Notes: generated by a model from the letters alone, not told the origin. A stretch of 63,255 bases of DNA, filler included, from Vannella sp. (GCA_023345925.1; 6 parts of 6 records of this genome joined end to end with filler, not necessarily neighbours in it), one strand, 5' to 3'. Positions 11,784 to 24,073 are shown, counted from the first letter of the whole stretch. Numbers and translations are program-made.

Positions 11784-12394
11784 ATGGCGACTGCTGCGAT
11801 GCGGAAGGCTTTTCAGCAAGCCCGTACGGAGTTCAAGGAGCTCTCTATTGGTGAATTGAAGGAGTATGAGGCTCTGTTCATCAAGTACGACACTGGAAAG
11901 GTACGCAGAGCTTTCTTCGCTGTTTGCTCCGCCGTGTGACTGACGGTGGCACTGAAGGATGGGTTTCTTGATCTAATGGAGCTCAAGTACATGATGGAAA
12001 AGCTGGGCTTCCCTCAAACTCACCTCGGCCTCAAGGCCATGATTAAGGAGGTGGGCAAGCCCCTGTCCTTCCTCTCCCGTTGAACTGACAGCTCGTCAAC
12101 CAGGTAGACCAAGACTCTGACGATATGATCTCCTACGCTGAGTTCTTGCTCATCTTCCGCTACGCCAAGACTGGCCAGTTGCAATGCGAAGGGCTGAAAG
12201 CCATTGCTGGCTCAGTCAACGTTGAAGAGGTCGGTGTTGGCGGTGCAAAGAGCTTCTTCGAGAGCAAAGCCAAGTCCTTAGCAGATAACCCTGCTGAGCG
12301 CGACCGCGAATACCACGATGCACGCAAAGCTGAAGCCCAACAGAAAGCTGAGCGCAAGAAGGCCTTCAACGAGCGCGCCAATCTCTTCAAGTAA
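11784..12394 (+). CDS. EFHD2: Swiprosin/EFHD-like EF-hand protein (3 exons)
   Basis: Spliced [58 protein letters not shown]...[13 protein letters not shown] + coiled-coil tail. Confidence 0.88.
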
Positions 12395-12658
12395 GCTCCC
12401 AATCTACTTCCTGGATACCACATAAAGCCAGCAGCACGCCCAGCTCCACTTTCAAAGGAGGAAGGGTCCACAGAGTTGGTCCCACTCGCATGAATTATTC
12501 TGTCTCTCAAAAGAATGATTTTATTGTTTGGAGTGGAATTGGAGTGGAAAGGAAGCTCATTCTTTTCATTGCTCGATGGCCTGCGCATCGTCTGCCTCGT
12601 ATGTCCGCTGTGGCACTTCTGGCTTGAGAAGTGTATGAGAGAGGTTGGAGAGAGTGGG

Positions 12659-13079
12659 ATGGTGACTCATTTCGGCGGGCGGGGGCAGCTTTTGAGGTGG
12701 GGAACATTTGGCGCTGGCATCGTCTACGGACGCTTCCGCTTGGGTCACTTCTTCAACGTCAAGCGAGACCTTATGATCCAAACACGCATGGCCTTCGAGG
12801 CTGAGGCTGAAGAGCTCCGCAAGCAGATCACCGCCTTGGAGACTGACATCTACCGTCGCGGTAGGTTTCCTGCTCCCTTTGCTTTTACTCCCTGCTACCA
12901 AGCGCAGGGGGAGGAAGGTATGAAAGAGAGACCATTTTTACTGATTTATCGAGGCAGATAACCCTGACTGGAACAAGCCCCGAGCCGGAGGAGTCCCCAC
13001 CGACGAGCTTGGCAAAATCCTCTACGATCTGGGCTTCCACAGCGATGGTGAGCAGGTAGCTGAAGCCCAGAAGGCCTAA
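12659..13079 (+). CDS. Small protein resembling mitochondrial ATP synthase subunit e (2 exons)
   Basis: LLRWGTFGAGIVYG (R...GxxxG TM motif) followed by a coiled coil; GT-AG intron at about 12861-12957. Confidence 0.55.
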
Positions 13080-13273
13080 TACCTCTTCTCCCACACTCAC
13101 AACTCCACCAAGTGCCACTCATAAAGGCCATTCTGCAAGCAACCGCGAGAGGGAGCTAAAGAACCTCCACACGTAGGCTCTCAGAAACCTGTTGTTCAGA
13201 AGAAGGCTCTCTGACTCACGAACCACAAAACAGCTGGCAAACTCAGCCAGTTTGTGCGTCCCTCTTGCCTTTG

Positions 13274-13816
13274 ATGAGCCTCGAAGAGCGCTTCCAGTTG
13301 GCGGTGGAGTTTATCCGTTCGCTCCCTCCTAAGGGGGACTTTCAACCATCCAATGAGCAGAAGCTGACCTTCTACAGCTTATACAAGCAAGGTTCACTCG
13401 GTCGCTGCAGTGGAGCGCAACCAAGCCTCTGGAAGCCGGTAGAGCGTGCCAAGTGGTTCGTTCTTCGTCTGGTTCTTGTTAAGGGGTCTGTTGACACTGT
13501 GTAGGGGTTCATGGGATGCACTAGGAGACATGGGAAAGGGAGAGGCTCAGCAGAAGTACATAGACACACTACTGGAGCTTGCCAAGGACTTTCCCGCTTC
13601 TGAGCAGAAGGAGAAGCTGCTAGCGAGTTTGTGGGCTGCCATCTTCGGTGAACTTCTCCACCTGAGGTATTAACAACTGTTGTAGGTTACCTTTGCCAAG
13701 GCCAGAGCTTCTGGACGAGCCAGAGCCGACTCTCTCATTGGAAACACGCGAGACTCCCAGAGAAGAGCCTCTTGAGGAGTCTAGTAGCCAAAAAGACTAT
13801 CTCAGTGAAGGTTACT
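13274..13816 (+). CDS. Acyl-CoA-binding domain protein, 3' truncated by linker
   Basis: FQLAVEFIRSLP...SNEQKLTFYSLYKQ...RAKW|..WDALGDMGKGEAQQKYI. Confidence 0.88.
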
Positions 13817-13916
13817 NNNNNNNNNNNNNNNNNNNNNNNNNNNNNNNNNNNNNNNNNNNNTTAATTAATTAANNNNNNNNNNNNNNNNNNNNNNNNNNNN
13901 NNNNNNNNNNNNNNNN
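13817..13916. other. Artificial contig linker
   Basis: N44-TTAATTAATTAA-N44 (stops in all six frames). Confidence 0.97.
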
Positions 13917-14015
13917 ATCGTGCTTTATCACCAGCAGGATCGGATGCACAAGAAGGTGGATGTACAGAAGAAGACCCAAGAGATACAGAGCCTCAAGGCC
14001 AAGTATGGCGTGTGA
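13917..14015 (+). CDS. 3' end of a truncated hypothetical gene
   Basis: Open frame from the linker: ..QQDRMHKKVDVQKKTQEIQSLKAKYGV*. Confidence 0.35.
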   Translation: MVLYHQQDRMHKKVDVQKKTQEIQSLKAKYGV

Positions 14016-14148
14016 ATACACGCAATACAACCTCTCTATCCCCCATCACGTCTCGTTTCCCCTCCCACTACTCTACTGATTGTCCAACTTCCTCCAAAGG
14101 GAGTGACAAGGTCAATACCACCAAGTAGGAGAGGAAGAAGGAGGTCTG

Positions 14149-15855
14149 ATGTCAAGTGGGGGTGACAGGAAGGCATTTTCTCGTGGGAACATGTCAGGAG
14201 GGGCTTGGGGAATGCTCGTTCCCAACCAGGAGGGCGCTCCACACATTCAACTGAGCGATTCTGAGTTTACCATAGGAAGGAGTAACAAGTGCTCCTTCCG
14301 TGTGAACGATTCACACATCAGCGGGACGCACTTGACCATCACCTTCCAACAAATGAGTCGCACTCTCACTCTGGTCTCTCTCACGGATCACTCTTCTAAC
14401 GGGACATTCCTCAACCGTATTAGAGTGCGTTATTGTCACATGAGAGTCTTGCTAGCTTCTCACAAGGCTGCTATTCAGGTGGAGAAGAACAAACGCTACT
14501 TCTTGAAGCATTTGGACGAGGTGTCTCTCGTCTATCCACAGTCAGTCAAGTGGGGCTTCTCGTTCATCGACCTCTCGTTTGCTGAACGAAGTGAACACAA
14601 CGAGATCAAAGGGCGCTACGACCTGCACGAGAACATCGGTCGGTTTCACTCCCTTTGGACTTTTCACGTTCTGACAGCTACGGATAGGCGAAGGAACCTT
14701 CTCTGTTGTTAAGAGAGGTGTTTGCCGTGATACAGGCAAGCTTGTGGCCGTCAAAGTGATCGATCGAGCTCGATTCAAACATGTGGCCAAGACGGTAGAG
14801 CAGATTGAGCGGGAGGTGGACATCCTCAAGAAGATCAACCATCCGTACATCATTTCCATCCATGATGTCGTTGAGACTGACCGGTGGATGTACATTATCC
14901 TCGAGATGTAAGCCTCGTCGACTCCAATTGTTAGTTTGCTCACCTTGAGAGCGACCAGGGCCTCCGGAGGTGATCTCTTCCGGTCTCTTGAGATGCAAAC
15001 AAAGTTTTCTGAAGTTGATGCACGCCGCATCTTCACACAGATCCTCGACGCACTCGATTACCTCCACAATACGCTTCAAACGGCTCATAGAGACCTCAAA
15101 GTAAGCCCTAGACAAGCCAACTTCGCCTCTAGTACTTAGCAAAGCATTCATTGTAGCCAGAGAACATCCTCCTAGAGAACGAAGGACCGAATTCGCCGAT
15201 CAAGTTGACAGACTTTGGATTGGCGAGGATAGTCAATCACCAAGGGCGCATGACGACCATGTGTGGTACCCCAGAGTATGTGGCTCCAGAAATCCTCTTC
15301 CCAGTCCCCCAGTCGTCCCAGTCACAAGATGGATACGGAGTGGAGGTGGACATGTGGAGTGCGGGCGTGTTGCTCTACATTCTGCTCTCTGGGAAGCTTG
15401 CATTCCAGCAACCTAACAAGAAGAGACTCTATGATAGTATCAGAGCTGGCCAGTTCTCCTTCACTCCGCTGGATCGATGGAAGAATGTCAGTTTGGAAGC
15501 TCAAGACCTCATCAGGAAGCTGATTGAGGTCAATCCACGGAAGAGATACACCGTGAAACAAGCCCTCAAACATCCCTGGATCGTTGATGAGGTCAATCAA
15601 GAGCATTCTGGCCCGTTAGACATCCAGGAAGAATTGAGACGAACGTTATCTCAAGGTGGCCTGAGCTTCAATGTCCTGGACTATGAAGAGCTAGAAGGAA
15701 TCAGTTCTGAGGGAGGAACTCCAGCACAAAGTCCTCAACCTGCTGAGGAGGTTTGCAGCAATCTAATGAATAGTCCTTTGGGGAAACGTGGAAGAGAGTT
15801 TCTCTCTTCATCTCCGTCCCCCACGGGGCTAAAGAAGCATAAATCTGATCAATGA
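14149..15855 (+). CDS. FHA-domain Ser/Thr kinase (Chk2/Rad53/Dictyostelium fhk-like); multi-exon
   Basis: FHA: WGML..FTIGRS..ISGTH..SSNGTF; kinase: GEGTFSVV, VAVK, HRDLK|PEN, DFG, CGTPEYVAPE. Confidence 0.9.
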
Positions 15856-15883
15856 ACATCTTTTACACTCCTTAAGGAGGAAG

Positions 15884-16984
15884 TCAAAGGAGGGAGCACT
15901 GGAAGACCTTTTTGTGAGAAAGATACTCGAGAGGAAAGTGGGAAAGAAGCAATACTGACCCAGCGAATGGCCTGACTGAACCATTGAAGAGAGTTTGAAG
16001 AATCCGATGTTTCTAGTGTATACAAAACGCGCGGCCGCTTGTTGAGAAGATCTTGGGAGGATTCTCCGTCACTATTGGGTGCATACCTATCCATTCCCAG
16101 CTCTTCAAGCCATATCCGCAAAGCTTCCCGCTTCTTCATCGAAGCATAGTGCAAGACAGTGTTTCCGTTATCATCCTTCACGCTTGAAAGGAGCTCGCAA
16201 GGCGATTGAGATTGTCCTTTCGATAAAAGTGTCTGAAGGATGTACCAGATCACTTTCTTGTGCCCTCTCTCTGCAGCGAAATGGATCGCTGTCTTGCCAT
16301 TATCTTTAGAAGGTAAGCTGCAATGTAGTCAGAGAGTGCTGAAGCGGAAAACTTTGATGAAACTCACAGTAAGTCACCTCCCAGTGTGACGAGGTTCTGA
16401 AGAACTGAAAGGACGTGATCCTCATCCAGAGTGTCGCTGTACTCTCCACTGTGGAGGATCGCACAAGCGAGATGAACTGCATTGAACCCCTTAGGAGACC
16501 CATCAAGCTCATTCACGTCGGCTCCAGCCTCCACCAAGTGTTGAAATACCGCTACCGCCTCAGGTACTGATCCTGCCCTACTCTGTCGTAAGTCTTAGCA
16601 ATCTTTGATGCGCCAGCGTACACTGTAGATAAGAGACATGCGTGAATAGGCTGGAAACCAGCACAATCTTCGCACTTTGCATCCGCTCCTGCTGCCAGCA
16701 GCTCTTTCACAATCTGTAGGCGATCCTCCACCTGCTGAAGGCTTTCTCTGGTGTTTTGTTCCTTCAATACGGCTACTTGCAAGCCCACAGCTTCGCTGGC
16801 GGCCACGTGAAGGGGAAACTCTCCCCTCCTTGCTCCGTTTTAGATTCCAGAGGGCAGACCAGCGTGCATCCTACCTAGAAGAGACATCCGGATCAGCTTT
16901 ACTCGCAAGTAGAGCCCTCACATCAGCCAAAGAGTGTTCCTGGACCGCCCTAGACAAGGGAGGAGAGTCGCCTTTCGTGTTCAT
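15884..16984 (-). CDS. Ankyrin-repeat protein; multi-exon
   Basis: PPLSRAV..DVRALLASKADPD; FPLHVAA; VKELLAAGADA; GFNAVHLAC; GNTVLHYA. Confidence 0.75.
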
Positions 16985-17226
16985 TGGGTGGAGAGAGCAG
17001 GAAAGTGGCTCTGAGAGTGAGTGGGCTCCGATACTGAGCCCCTGTCGCCTTTATTACCTACTTGGTGAGCTTACCAAGGCGGGGGCGAAGGGGCCGAAGG
17101 GATGCAACGGCATGTCGGTTGAGGCGGGTCGATGGAAGGGTTTATGCGGCGGGGCAGACGGCTCTCGTCGGAGGGAAAGTGAGTACACAACTACAGAGAA
17201 GAGGAGTCTTCCTCAGCACCAAGCGC

Positions 17227-18032
17227 TTAGTCTCGGGGAGAGGCAGCTCGTCGGGGGCTGGGAGAGCGTTCGCTACGAGGAGAAGCTCGTCGTCGAACAG
17301 GGGAACCTCCACGAACAGAGTCTCGTGCAGGAGAATAGGAGGGAGAGCGTCGGCGTCCGTAGTCCCGATCGCGGTCACCTCCGCGGGAGCTTCCTCCTCG
17401 GTCTCGTCTGTCGTAGCTATCTCGACGGTCGTAAGGATCACGGCCTCCTCCACTGTAGCGACGGGGAGATCTATCACTTCAAGAAAGTCAGGCAAGACGG
17501 TGAAGAGGGCAAACTGGAACTCATACCGTCGAGGAGAGTAGCCACCTCCTCCTCCACCTCCTCCAGCATTGGGACAATCACGAGCCCAGTGACCAGGTTG
17601 ATGGCAGCGGAAGCACCCCTCGCGATCTGCTCCACCAGGACCGCCAAAAAGAGCGCCGCGATGTTAGACAAAGATTTGTAAGCAGGGTGGATTGCCTTAC
17701 CTGCTCCGCGTTCCTTTGCAGCCTCAATGTACAGGTTACTGCCAAACAAGTCCTTCCCTTGCAGTTGGCGAGTGGCTTCATCAGCGTCCTCTCGGGTCTC
17801 AAAAGTGACAAAAGCGAAGCCTTTCTTCAATGCACAACGAGAGAGTTTGCCGTACTTGCCAAACATATCTTCCAGATCGTGTTCGGTCACTTCATGAGCC
17901 ACTTTGCCTGTTCATCCCTTCCAATTATTCCTCTGCACTTCTCCCCTCTCCTCTAGGCTCTCTGCATCATCCAACGCAGTTCAAAGGAGGCCTCCTAACC
18001 CTTAAAAATGGCTCACCAACAAACAGAGCCAT
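17227..18032 (-). CDS. RRM + CCHC zinc knuckle + RS-domain splicing factor (SRSF7/9G8/RSZ-like); 4 exons
   Basis: [21 protein letters not shown] (RNP2/RNP1); [18 protein letters not shown]-rich tail ending ASPRD*. Confidence 0.9.
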
Positions 18033-18507
18033 GGCTTCAGACAACGGCAAAGAACAAACTACCAAAAGCCAACGTCGATGACAAGCGACAGGTCCCAGAC
18101 CACTCAAATCGCCAATCATCATCAAATTCCAACCCAAAAGGAACAAACGAATTGAAATCTTCACAAATTCAAAAGATGGAAATCCTAATCTCCTCCTATT
18201 GGCTGGATATTGATTGGTTGCTTTTGTCTCTTTGAGCATTTTTTGCGTCAGGCAATCTTCCTGTTGCTTCAGAACTTCCAACAGGAGCCTTGTCGCCTTG
18301 GAAGGGAAACTGCGATTGTTTGAAAGACGACCAAAATGGGAAGTCTGTGAAACAATTGAAGTTTCTGTTGGCGCTTTTTGTCTTTTTTCATCATTTATTT
18401 GTTCGTTTCTTGCTTTGTTTCTGAACTTTTGTGGGTGGCTAATCAAGGAAGGTAGGATGTTTTGCAACTGAAGCGGGAAAGCGAAGTGGTGAGCTTATCA
18501 CTTCTTG

Positions 18508-19065
18508 ATGTCGTTTAATACCCGTGGACTCTCCCCCTCTGAAGTGAGAGCAGTAGACAAGTTCGATACTGAATTGAGGAAACAACGTTGTCCCGCGTGG
18601 ACCTTTCCTCCCTCCGAAGTCGCCCTTCAGACGAATTACTCTGCTTTTATTCGAGGTTTGGTCCACGTGAGGGATCGGAGACCGGCCGGACCCAATTGGA
18701 GCTCTCCCCACATGAGTCCACAAGTCCATCTCACGTCTTATGATGGGCTTCTCCACGTTAGCTTCACCGAGGTAGCCCACTATCACTCGTTCAAAGAGTA
18801 CATGTGGATGAGATCTTGGGTCTTTCAAGTCACAGAATGCTCCTCCAACGCCCGGTACTCCTTTCTTTGGTGCGAAATCGGTCCAGATCATCTCTCCCCC
18901 AATATCTTCCCTGAATCTCAACCTGTCACTCCCACCCTCCCTCTTGAGAGTGTAGCTTCCCCTGCGTCGAGTCAGGGTGACTATTCCCTCTTCAACTGGG
19001 ACGGAGTCCTCCAACATCCTCAATCGGCCACCTTTGTGGATCAATCCAGCTTTAACATGTTCTAA
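18508..19065 (+). CDS. Hypothetical protein
   Basis: 185-aa intronless ORF with a P/S-rich tail; no recognised domain. Confidence 0.42.
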   Translation: MSFNTRGLSPSEVRAVDKFDTELRKQRCPAWTFPPSEVALQTNYSAFIRGLVHVRDRRPAGPNWSSPHMSPQVHLTSYDGLLHVSFTEVAHYHSFKEYMWMRSWVFQVTECSSNARYSFLWCEIGPDHLSPNIFPESQPVTPTLPLESVASPASSQGDYSLFNWDGVLQHPQSATFVDQSSFNMF

Positions 19066-19303
19066 ACGATTGAACAAGGTCTAATCTTGGACAACTGAAC
19101 CCTTTTGTAGATAAAACCCAACAAAACGACTTGCTTTGACCGGACAGAATCTTTCTGTTGATAGACTGACACTGCATAACCCTTTTGGCCCTCTTCTGTA
19201 AGCTATGTGACAACTCTTCAGGAGGAAGCCCTTCCTTTGCTGTACCAATCAGAATATGATTCGCATTCCCCTCACATTTTGACTTGGATTGACCTATTTT
19301 TTG

Positions 19304-20125
19304 ATGGCCTCGGCTGGAGTGTGTGTGGTGAGCTGGCTTGAGTGATGCTATACTTGTCATCTTTATAATTCAAACAGATTGTGGGAGCTGGAGGAGGGAT
19401 TGGGCTTGCGGTTGGACGCAAGTTTGCGGCAGAGGGGCTTCATGTAGCACTCACCGCAAGGAACAAGGATCACCTGGTTGAGTTGGTGGAGGAGATACAA
19501 AGCGCCAACGAGAAGGTGAAGGTCCTTTCGTTCTCCTGCCAATGCTCCGACGCGAACAACGTCAAGGAAACCTTCAACAGCATCAGAGAGCAGATCGGTG
19601 CTCCGTCTGTGTTGATCTTCAACGCTTCTGCGTTCACGATGGGACCCTTCCTTGAGTTGAGCGAGGAGCAGTTCACTGAGAACTGGCAAGTCAGCTGCCT
19701 GGGAGCCTTCCTCAATGCGAAGGAAGTCCTCCCTGACATGGTGAAAGAGACCAGAGGTACTATGATCTTCACTGGCGCCACTGCTGGTGTCAAAGCAAGT
19801 TCAGGCTTCGCCGCTTTCGCAAGTGCAAAGCACGGGCTTCGTGCTCTCACTCAGGTTCGTTCTCCTTGCCACACCTCACCCCCGTACTCACCCTGTTGTA
19901 CAGTCCTTAGCAAAGGAGTTTGGATCCAAAGGAATCCACGTCTCTCACGCCATCATCGATGGGATCGTCTCCGGGCCCCGAAGCCGCAACGCCCTTCCCA
20001 AAGACTTTGCTGGTCAACTGATCGAGCCATCCGCCATCGCTGACTCTTTCTGGCATCTCCATCAGCAACACCCTTCCGCATGGACTTGGGAGTTGGATCT
20101 GCGCCCACAGACAGAGAAATGGTAA
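19304..20125 (+). CDS. Short-chain dehydrogenase/reductase (3 exons)
   Basis: MASAGVCV|IVGAGGGIG Rossmann motif; FTGATA; FASAKHGLRALTQ|SLAKEF..GIHVSHAIIDG; WTWELDLRP. Confidence 0.9.
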
Positions 20126-20205
20126 ACCCACCAATCCTGCCGGAATCCTGTTCCTCAAAATATCTGCAAAATATCAAAGATTTTGGTTCTGGGTCATTTG
20201 AGGTG

Positions 20206-20979
20206 ATGCGCTGTTGGTCGGTGGGTTGGGTCGCTGTTGTGTGGGTGTTGGTGGTGAGTGGGAGTGGAATGGAGCATGCAAAGCGGGGAGGAGAGAAGTT
20301 TGGGGATGTCCCTCCCAAGGACTACCTGCTGGGCATGTACAACCCCACGAATAACTCTCTGTTTGCTCCTGTCGCGAGCTTTGGAGTTGTATGGCAGAAC
20401 GACTATGTTGGGTACCTGCGTAAGGATGTTGGGAAAGCGTTGGCCGCTATGATACACGCTTTTGAAGCCTCCCATCCAACAATCCAGCTTCCTGTGCTCA
20501 GTGCGACACGAAACTACACCAAACAGGAGTCCATCTGGTCGAACAAGTGGTACAACGTCTACGAGGACATTGAACAACCCATAGAACGAGCATTGGCTAT
20601 CCTCCAGTACTCCTCTATGCCTGGAACATCCCGCCACCACTGGGGAACGGACGTGGACCTCTACGCCTTGGAGAACGACGTGTTCGACTACGGTGACGGG
20701 AAGATAGTGTACGACTGGTTAGTAGCAAATGCAACCTCCTTTGGCTTCTGCCAGCCGTACACAGGGGACCGTTGTGTTGGTTACAATGAGGAGCGCTGGC
20801 ATTGGTCCTACTTGCCCCTGTCGGCTGATTTCTTGCGTGATTGGGTGGTTTACTATGAGTTCACACTCTGCCGCTTCATAGACAAGGCAAGATTCCCAGG
20901 GTCACAAGAAGGAGCATCCCTTTTAGCTCCAGTTTATGTTCAATCGATCAACCAGCAATGCAAAGCTCCTTTCATGTGA
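20206..20979 (+). CDS. Secreted M15B (VanY-like) Zn D-Ala-D-Ala carboxypeptidase, intronless
   Basis: Signal peptide MRCWSVGWVAVVWVLVVSGSG; SATRNY..Q; PGTSRHHWGTDVD; FGFCQPY; EERWHWSY. Confidence 0.9.
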   Translation: MRCWSVGWVAVVWVLVVSGSGMEHAKRGGEKFGDVPPKDYLLGMYNPTNNSLFAPVASFGVVWQNDYVGYLRKDVGKALAAMIHAFEASHPTIQLPVLSATRNYTKQESIWSNKWYNVYEDIEQPIERALAILQYSSMPGTSRHHWGTDVDLYALENDVFDYGDGKIVYDWLVANATSFGFCQPYTGDRCVGYNEERWHWSYLPLSADFLRDWVVYYEFTLCRFIDKARFPGSQEGASLLAPVYVQSINQQCKAPFM

Positions 20980-21168
20980 TACACTCTCATTCTTCTTTAA
21001 TTAGAATGTCAGGAAACGTGTGATTCAAGGACTGCCCTTACATTGCAGTCTCTTTCGCATACTGTTGATGGGTCTCTTGGTTGTTGACCTCAAGGAATCG
21101 GAGTCAAATGGTGCTGAATTTATACTCGAACAGATGTTTCTCCACCCAATTATGGCCCGGCTGCATCC

Positions 21169-22008
21169 TTAAGAGTTCAGAAGATGGGCTATTGAGATCT
21201 TCGCGGCGGTGTTGGTATGTCGCAGCAAGTTCTCATGCTCACAGTTCCTTCGGAATTTGAGTCCACATGCATTACAGAGTCTATCATTGGATGAGCTTTG
21301 GCGTCAGAACGCTGTGGTACGTACGAGACTTCTTTGTCCGGTCCCTTTCGCCACTCGGGTGTGTTTGTTGTACCACAGCTGGAACAGAAGCGACCTTTGG
21401 TACGAGCGTACTTTCTCTTATCCTTCTTGATCTTGATACTGGCGGTGTTAACATCGTCAAGCTAAAACTACAAAGGGAAACGCAGCGACTGCGACTTACC
21501 AGGCTGGTATGTTGGATCTTCGCCTTTCTGTTGAGAGCAGGATTTGGCTTCGTGTATTGGCCGGTAATAGAAGCACTGGAGGGCTAACGATTAAGAATGC
21601 ATCACAGGGAGAACAGGGAGAACCTTCCACTCACGTTTCATTCACAAAGCTGAACGTCATCATGGCTTTAGAGGAGTGTGAGATTGCTCTCTCTGTTCGA
21701 GAGAGTAGTAAGCAAGCGGGAATGACTAGTAATGACGCTGGCTGGCATGTTTCGGTAGCTCCCTCAAGGTTATGCAGGGAGGGGAAGGCGACTGCAACTT
21801 TCCACGAGGATGAAGGGCTTTGATTCACACCCAGAAGTTCAGCAGCCCCTGAGAACCGACAAAACGCTCCATCGGACGGGTACGGAAAGTGAAGATCTGT
21901 TGCCCAACCGGAGACCAAGGAAAATGTCCCATATTCGAATCCAAAGGGCGAAACAACGCCAAAGCCTTGGTCAAAAAAGGTAGTCAGTGATTCTGATGGG
22001 CTAACCAT
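21169..22008 (-). CDS. GATA zinc-finger transcription factor (4 exons; finger not visible in ORF track)
   Basis: Splicing three GT-AG introns gives ..FCSSCGTTNTPEWRKGPDKEVS|LCNACGLKFRRN..KISIAHLLNS* (C-x2-C-x18-C-x2-C). Confidence 0.88.
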
Positions 22009-22431
22009 AAAAAATAGAACGTTAAGCGAGGCGTTCTTCTACATTGAAGCGACGCACAATATCCCCTTCGGACTTTGTGCACGTTAATGGAGAAAGGGAC
22101 TAAATCTCACGGTGCTTTGGCGAAGTTCTGCTCTGATTGTCGATACCCCAGTCTCTGAGGAGTCCAAGTCACAATGATATGGGTGGGCCATGGATGTAAA
22201 CCGACGAAGGACTCATGCAATGACAGATGGCCTCTTCGATATGGCAGGATCTTCTCAAGAGTGTGCATGAACATATGAGAGAAGCTCAGGGAGGGAGAAT
22301 CGTTGCAGAAGCGGAAAGGGATAAACCTAAAAACAAACAACCTAACCTTACCTAAAAAGATTTTCCAGTCAGCATCCTCAGAGATGTTATGGTTGCGTTT
22401 GAACTACTCTATTTATCTGATTGTCTGTGGT

Positions 22432-23155
22432 TCAGAAGAAATCTTCTAGTTTGTGGCGGGTTGGTTTGCTCGTGGGGTGAAATACATCCACATGGAGGCT
22501 TTCACCATGTGAGGCCGCTAAATGACCAGGCGAGCACAAAAAGTTCTCCAAGTCCTCTTTTACTCCACACTCTATCGTAGAATACTTGCTTGGTGGTACA
22601 CCATTCCGGGTTCGTAAGATTTTGACCTGTTCCAGAATGATTTGTTCCACAGTTTTGTCCAAAATGTCGGATTGGGGGGTTGTTAGTGCACTTTCAAACT
22701 TCTGAGGCAAATCTAATTGACGGCAATTTGGCAACAGTGGAATTGAGAGCTCTTCAACAGTATTACTGGCAATCAGTTGAATATAGAACGAACTTTTCCT
22801 TATGAAAGGAACGAGAGAGTGTTGGATATGAGGAATCAGGTCAAGTGCAATGACAAACTCCACCATTTCAGATGCTCTTAAATCGCTCGGAAGTTGTTTC
22901 CTCGAGACAAATAGCACTGATTTTGCGGAAAATAGCATGTCAATCCTATTGCAGGAGAGCTCAGTCTCGATGTCCAATAGATACGAAAACGAGCATCCGA
23001 TGGAGCCCAGGAAATCATTCATATTTGACGGCCAACTGTCGAGAATAGCGATTATCTTTTTGCCTTTCAAATTAGTTAGAATCACTTTGAGTGCAATCAA
23101 CTTGCAGGAGCTGACGCCTGAAGGGAAATTGCAGAGATCATGGAAGCTCTGCAAA
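22432..23155 (-). CDS. Hypothetical protein, 5' truncated by linker
   Basis: 240-aa open frame running into the linker. Confidence 0.45.
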
Positions 23156-23255
23156 NNNNNNNNNNNNNNNNNNNNNNNNNNNNNNNNNNNNNNNNNNNNT
23201 TAATTAATTAANNNNNNNNNNNNNNNNNNNNNNNNNNNNNNNNNNNNNNNNNNNN
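23156..23255. other. Artificial contig linker
   Basis: N44-TTAATTAATTAA-N44. Confidence 0.97.
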
Positions 23256-24007
23256 GAAGTGGCGTAAGGAGGAGGCACGGTGTATGTTCCATAATAGCCG
23301 GTTCCTCCCTCCAAGTCCTTGAGATTGGTGTACTTCGAACGCTTTTGGAAGCTCCTTTTGCAGAAGCAAAAAGAACCCAAGAGACAGATGAAGGACATCC
23401 AGAGGCAGCCGACCAAAGCGAAGTACCATCCAGTCGAGGGTCCCCATGTGGAGGAGATGACGAAGCCCTCATCAGCACCCCAGAAGCTCTTGCAGGGTCC
23501 GGAGCAGAAGTCACTCTCCGAGTTCAATGCGGGAGTAAGTAAGGGGAAGAGCCCCACCGCCACTGCACTCTGAATTGCCACGATTACGCTGGGCGTAGCC
23601 GTACCTCGGAAGATCAAGACCAAGCTGGAGATGATACACGAACTTATCAACACCCAGCAGACGCCAAAGACCGAGCGCGACACCGACTTGTCCGAATCAA
23701 AGTCCCAGAACTGAATACTGAACACGTCCGCAAGGGGGCACTCGCCACCATCGCACACCTTCCAACGTGCAACATACCAGAACTGGTAACTCACAATAGA
23801 GAACTCCGAGTCAGTGTAGGCCACACTGTAGTACCAGGGGAAGAGAGCGGATACAACAAAGAGAAGCACTCCAACCACTACCAGAAGCTACCAATCAGAT
23901 CACAATCCTCATCCCAATCAGAGACAACTCACCACCAAGCGCGCGAATGAGCCAGTTACTCCACATGCACATGGTGGAGGGAGCAGAAGTTCTGTTTCAC
24001 GCTTCAT
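23256..24007 (-). CDS. Claudin/PMP22-like tetraspan membrane protein, 3' truncated
   Basis: TM1 followed by PWY..W..C-x4-C loop; four hydrophobic helices; WGPSTGWY before TM4; PPPY motif in the tail; one intron near the start. Confidence 0.6.
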
Positions 24008-24073
24008 CTGAAAGTTCTTAGATGTAATAATGACGTGATTGTTTTGAGCCAACCAATCGGGCACATTTGGGTG

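Noticed and set aside
15849..15855. Apparent overlap of the kinase and ankyrin stop codons
   Set aside because: A likely terminal intron moves the ankyrin stop to about 15884, removing the overlap
17011..17074. GTAAGC donor in the SR gene 3' UTR suggesting an NMD autoregulatory intron
   Set aside because: An AATAAA signal and the next gene's start follow almost immediately; no convincing intron can be supported without RNA data
16677..17681. 334-aa plus-strand ORF and other overlapping ORFs
   Set aside because: Antisense shadow of the RS-domain splicing factor and ankyrin gene
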